Positions 32,022 to 33,822 of a stretch of 33,822 bases of DNA are shown piece after piece. The position numbers and the translations under genes are program-made. The stretch is taken from positions 1 to 33,822 of IMG/VR virus record IMGVR_UViG_3300003320_000969. The stretch is one strand, 5' to 3'. Under the pieces are notes generated by a model. It saw nothing but the letters and a program-made list of their open reading frames with translations. It searched no databases and was not told where the DNA came from. This stretch comes from a virus. Every line of letters starts with the position of its first letter. Position 1 is the first letter of the stretch.

Positions 32022-32723
32022 ATGGATTATGCATCTTATATTCCTGGAGCTAGCGGGATAGCTGGCGGATTGTTTGGATTATTTGGCGGCGGCAGTAAAG
32101 ACCCATCGAAAGCTGCTTCTCCTTATTTCCAGCAAATTCCAAATGCAATATCGCCTTACTATTCTCCATTTATTAATGCGGGAATAGGCATTCAGCCGCA
32201 TCTTCAAGATCAATATGCTGATTTATTAAATCAATACGGCGGTCAATTATCCAGCAATTATTCTACATTAGTGAATAATCCATCAGATGTTTATAATAAA
32301 ATTGCAGGGCAATATCAACAATCTCCTGGATATAAATTTCAATATGACCAAGCGATGAATGCGGCCAATAATGCGGCTGCTTCGGGGGGAATGGCGGGCT
32401 CTCCTCAGCATCAACAACAAGCGGCTACTCTTGCACAGAATTTAGCAAGTCAAGATTTCAATAATTATTTATCTAAGGCTTTAGGACTATACGGAACTGG
32501 CCTTGAAGGTGAGCATCAATTATTTGGCACCGGCTTACAAGGATATCAAAATATTTATAATCAAGGTATTGGTGCCGCAAATTCAATGGCCGAACAAATT
32601 GCTCAAGCATTGGCAGCGCAAGGTTCACTTGCTTATGCTGGACAAGCAAATAAAAACCAAGCGCAAGGTTCTGCTTTAGGAACATTGCTTGGTGGGATCG
32701 GTTCTTTATTTGGAATTAAATAA
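32022..32723 (+). CDS. Putative internal virion/ejection protein, 233 aa (P22 gp7-like by size and position)
   Basis: It has Gly-rich hydrophobic termini (GIAGGLFGLFGGG and LGTLLGGIGSLFG) and a Gln/Ala/Asn-rich core (SPGYKFQYDQAMNAANNAAASGGMAGSP). It is the first of three ejection-protein-sized genes. Confidence 0.5.
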   Translation: MDYASYIPGASGIAGGLFGLFGGGSKDPSKAASPYFQQIPNAISPYYSPFINAGIGIQPHLQDQYADLLNQYGGQLSSNYSTLVNNPSDVYNKIAGQYQQSPGYKFQYDQAMNAANNAAASGGMAGSPQHQQQAATLAQNLASQDFNNYLSKALGLYGTGLEGEHQLFGTGLQGYQNIYNQGIGAANSMAEQIAQALAAQGSLAYAGQANKNQAQGSALGTLLGGIGSLFGIK

Positions 32724-32732
32724 GGAATAAAT

Positions 32733-33822
32733 ATGGCATTTACAGTACCGCAGTTTCCATTATTAACTCCAGCACAAGCTAATCCATATGGTGGTTTATT
32801 CGATTCTATTATTGATGCTTATTCTAAAAGTTTAAGTGCTCGTTATTTACCTGAAACGTTAAAACAATCCTTATTACAAACACAATTAGCTAATCAAAAG
32901 TCTCAAGCTGAACTGCCTTATGCTGCTGATTTAGCAAGAGCCAATGCAGCTTCTCGATTAGCATATGCAAATTATATGCTTGGACCGAATGCCGCTTTAA
33001 AAGGACTAAGCCCCCTTGCGCAAAATCTAGTAGAGCCTTATGCAGTTCCTGCTATACAAAAACAAATTACCGCGCGAGCAAATCAGTTACAACAATCAGG
33101 AGGAGATATTGTCAATACTTTATATCCTTCTGTTCAACAAAGTATTTCTCCGCAAACGGATAATATATCTGAAAATACCAACCCCACTAATGTTCCTCCT
33201 AGAACAATGCACGGCGGATTACCATTGGGTAAATATAGTTCTTTAAGTCAAGACGAACAACGCGGATTAGTTGACCAAGCAGTTGCTTTTGGATACACCC
33301 CTCAACAAGCCGTTGCTTCTTTTAGGAGTGGCGCTGATATATCGCAACTTGCAAAAAATGCTGGTTATAGCGATCAATCGAAATGGCCTGCTCCGGTTTC
33401 ATCTGCTTCTACCGATAATGTTTCTAGCGCTAATCCAGATAATATTAAACAATTGTATGAAGCAAAAATACAAAAAATAACGAGTGACCCAAAAATTAGA
33501 TCACAAGCAATTGAATCACAATTATTAGCAAAGGATATAAACAAAATAAATGTAAAACCATTAGAGGCATTCAGCGGGTTATCAGGAAAAGGAGAGCTTT
33601 TAAAAAATCAATGGAAACAAGCACTTGGTCTGGAACCATCGAAAGAATATAGAGAGTATCAAAAATTTATAGATGTCAATAAGCCTTTAATTATTGACCA
33701 AGTCAGAAAAGCATTGGCAACTTCTATTCAATCTAAATATGTTTTAGAAAATATAACGCCGCTGGTTGACCCAAACAATAAAATATATTCCGATCCCGTA
33801 TCCGTTCGAAATGCTATTGAAG
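32733..33822 (+). CDS. 5' part of the wrap-around gene (continues at base 152 after the overlap is removed; full gene 32733..33671+1..402, 446 aa). Putative ejection protein, gp20-like by size and position.
   Basis: The ATG at 32733 has an AAGGAA RBS. I translated the frame by hand and found it open to the last base of the window. It is missing from the ORF track because no stop lies inside the window. Track ORFs 33040..33246 and 33271..33480 are in other frames of this gene. Confidence 0.75.
   Translation, partial: MAFTVPQFPLLTPAQANPYGGLFDSIIDAYSKSLSARYLPETLKQSLLQTQLANQKSQAELPYAADLARANAASRLAYANYMLGPNAALKGLSPLAQNLVEPYAVPAIQKQITARANQLQQSGGDIVNTLYPSVQQSISPQTDNISENTNPTNVPPRTMHGGLPLGKYSSLSQDEQRGLVDQAVAFGYTPQQAVASFRSGADISQLAKNAGYSDQSKWPAPVSSASTDNVSSANPDNIKQLYEAKIQKITSDPKIRSQAIESQLLAKDINKINVKPLEAFSGLSGKGELLKNQWKQALGLEPSKEYREYQKFIDVNKPLIIDQVRKALATSIQSKYVLENITPLVDPNNKIYSDPVSVRNAIE
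33672..33822. repeat. Right copy of the 151-bp terminal direct repeat (identical to 1-151)
   Basis: See the feature at 1-151. Confidence 0.95.

Noticed and set aside
1-33822. tRNA genes, rRNA genes, IS elements and an attP site
   Set aside because: I saw no cloverleaf-compatible GTTCGAATC-type T-loops with acceptor stems, no transposase ORFs with terminal inverted repeats, and no recombinase next to which an att site could be defined.

Overview
The window is a complete phage-like replicon linearised with an overlap. Bases 1-151 are identical to 33672-33822, so the unique length is 33,671 bp, and one gene (32733..33671 joined to 1..402) crosses the junction. The DNA is AT-rich by eye (not computed), and most genes are preceded by AAGGA-type ribosome binding sites.

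The gene content reads as a P22-like, podovirus-type temperate element.
- Packaging and head: small terminase, large terminase, a 713-aa portal with a long Gln-rich helical C-terminus, scaffold, and a 444-aa coat protein.
- Tail and ejection: adaptor-like and gp10-like tail-hub proteins, and three consecutive ejection-protein-sized genes (233, 446 and 598 aa).
- Fibres: two different tail fibres.
- Replication and recombination: split Toprim primase plus DUF3987 helicase-like protein, and a Sak4-like ATPase with a DUF669-type SSB ending in DDDLPF.
- Other functions: VRR-NUC nuclease, a GH108-type endolysin, and a small XRE regulator at a divergent promoter region.

I recognised no integrase, recombinase or transposase in any ORF. 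The element instead carries plasmid-style maintenance functions: a ParA ATPase with a small partner protein, a RelB/RelE toxin-antitoxin pair, and a roughly 400-bp array of about 15 GTCGCA/TGCGAC iterons flanking an 80-bp nearly pure A+T stretch. My main hypothesis is a podovirus-type phage-plasmid.

Other points worth a second look:
- The terL-portal block is inverted relative to the rest of the morphogenesis module.
- A diverged tandem pair of 268-aa proteins sits between the coat and adaptor genes.
- A structured, G+C-enriched leader of about 200 nt lies upstream of the scaffold gene.
- A 29%-histidine protein is co-oriented with the second tail fibre.
- A three-member family of small paralogous proteins lies in the accessory arm.
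- Several small hydrophobic peptides lie below the ORF-track size cutoff.

All family assignments come from motifs read by eye and recalled family signatures. None has been confirmed by a search.
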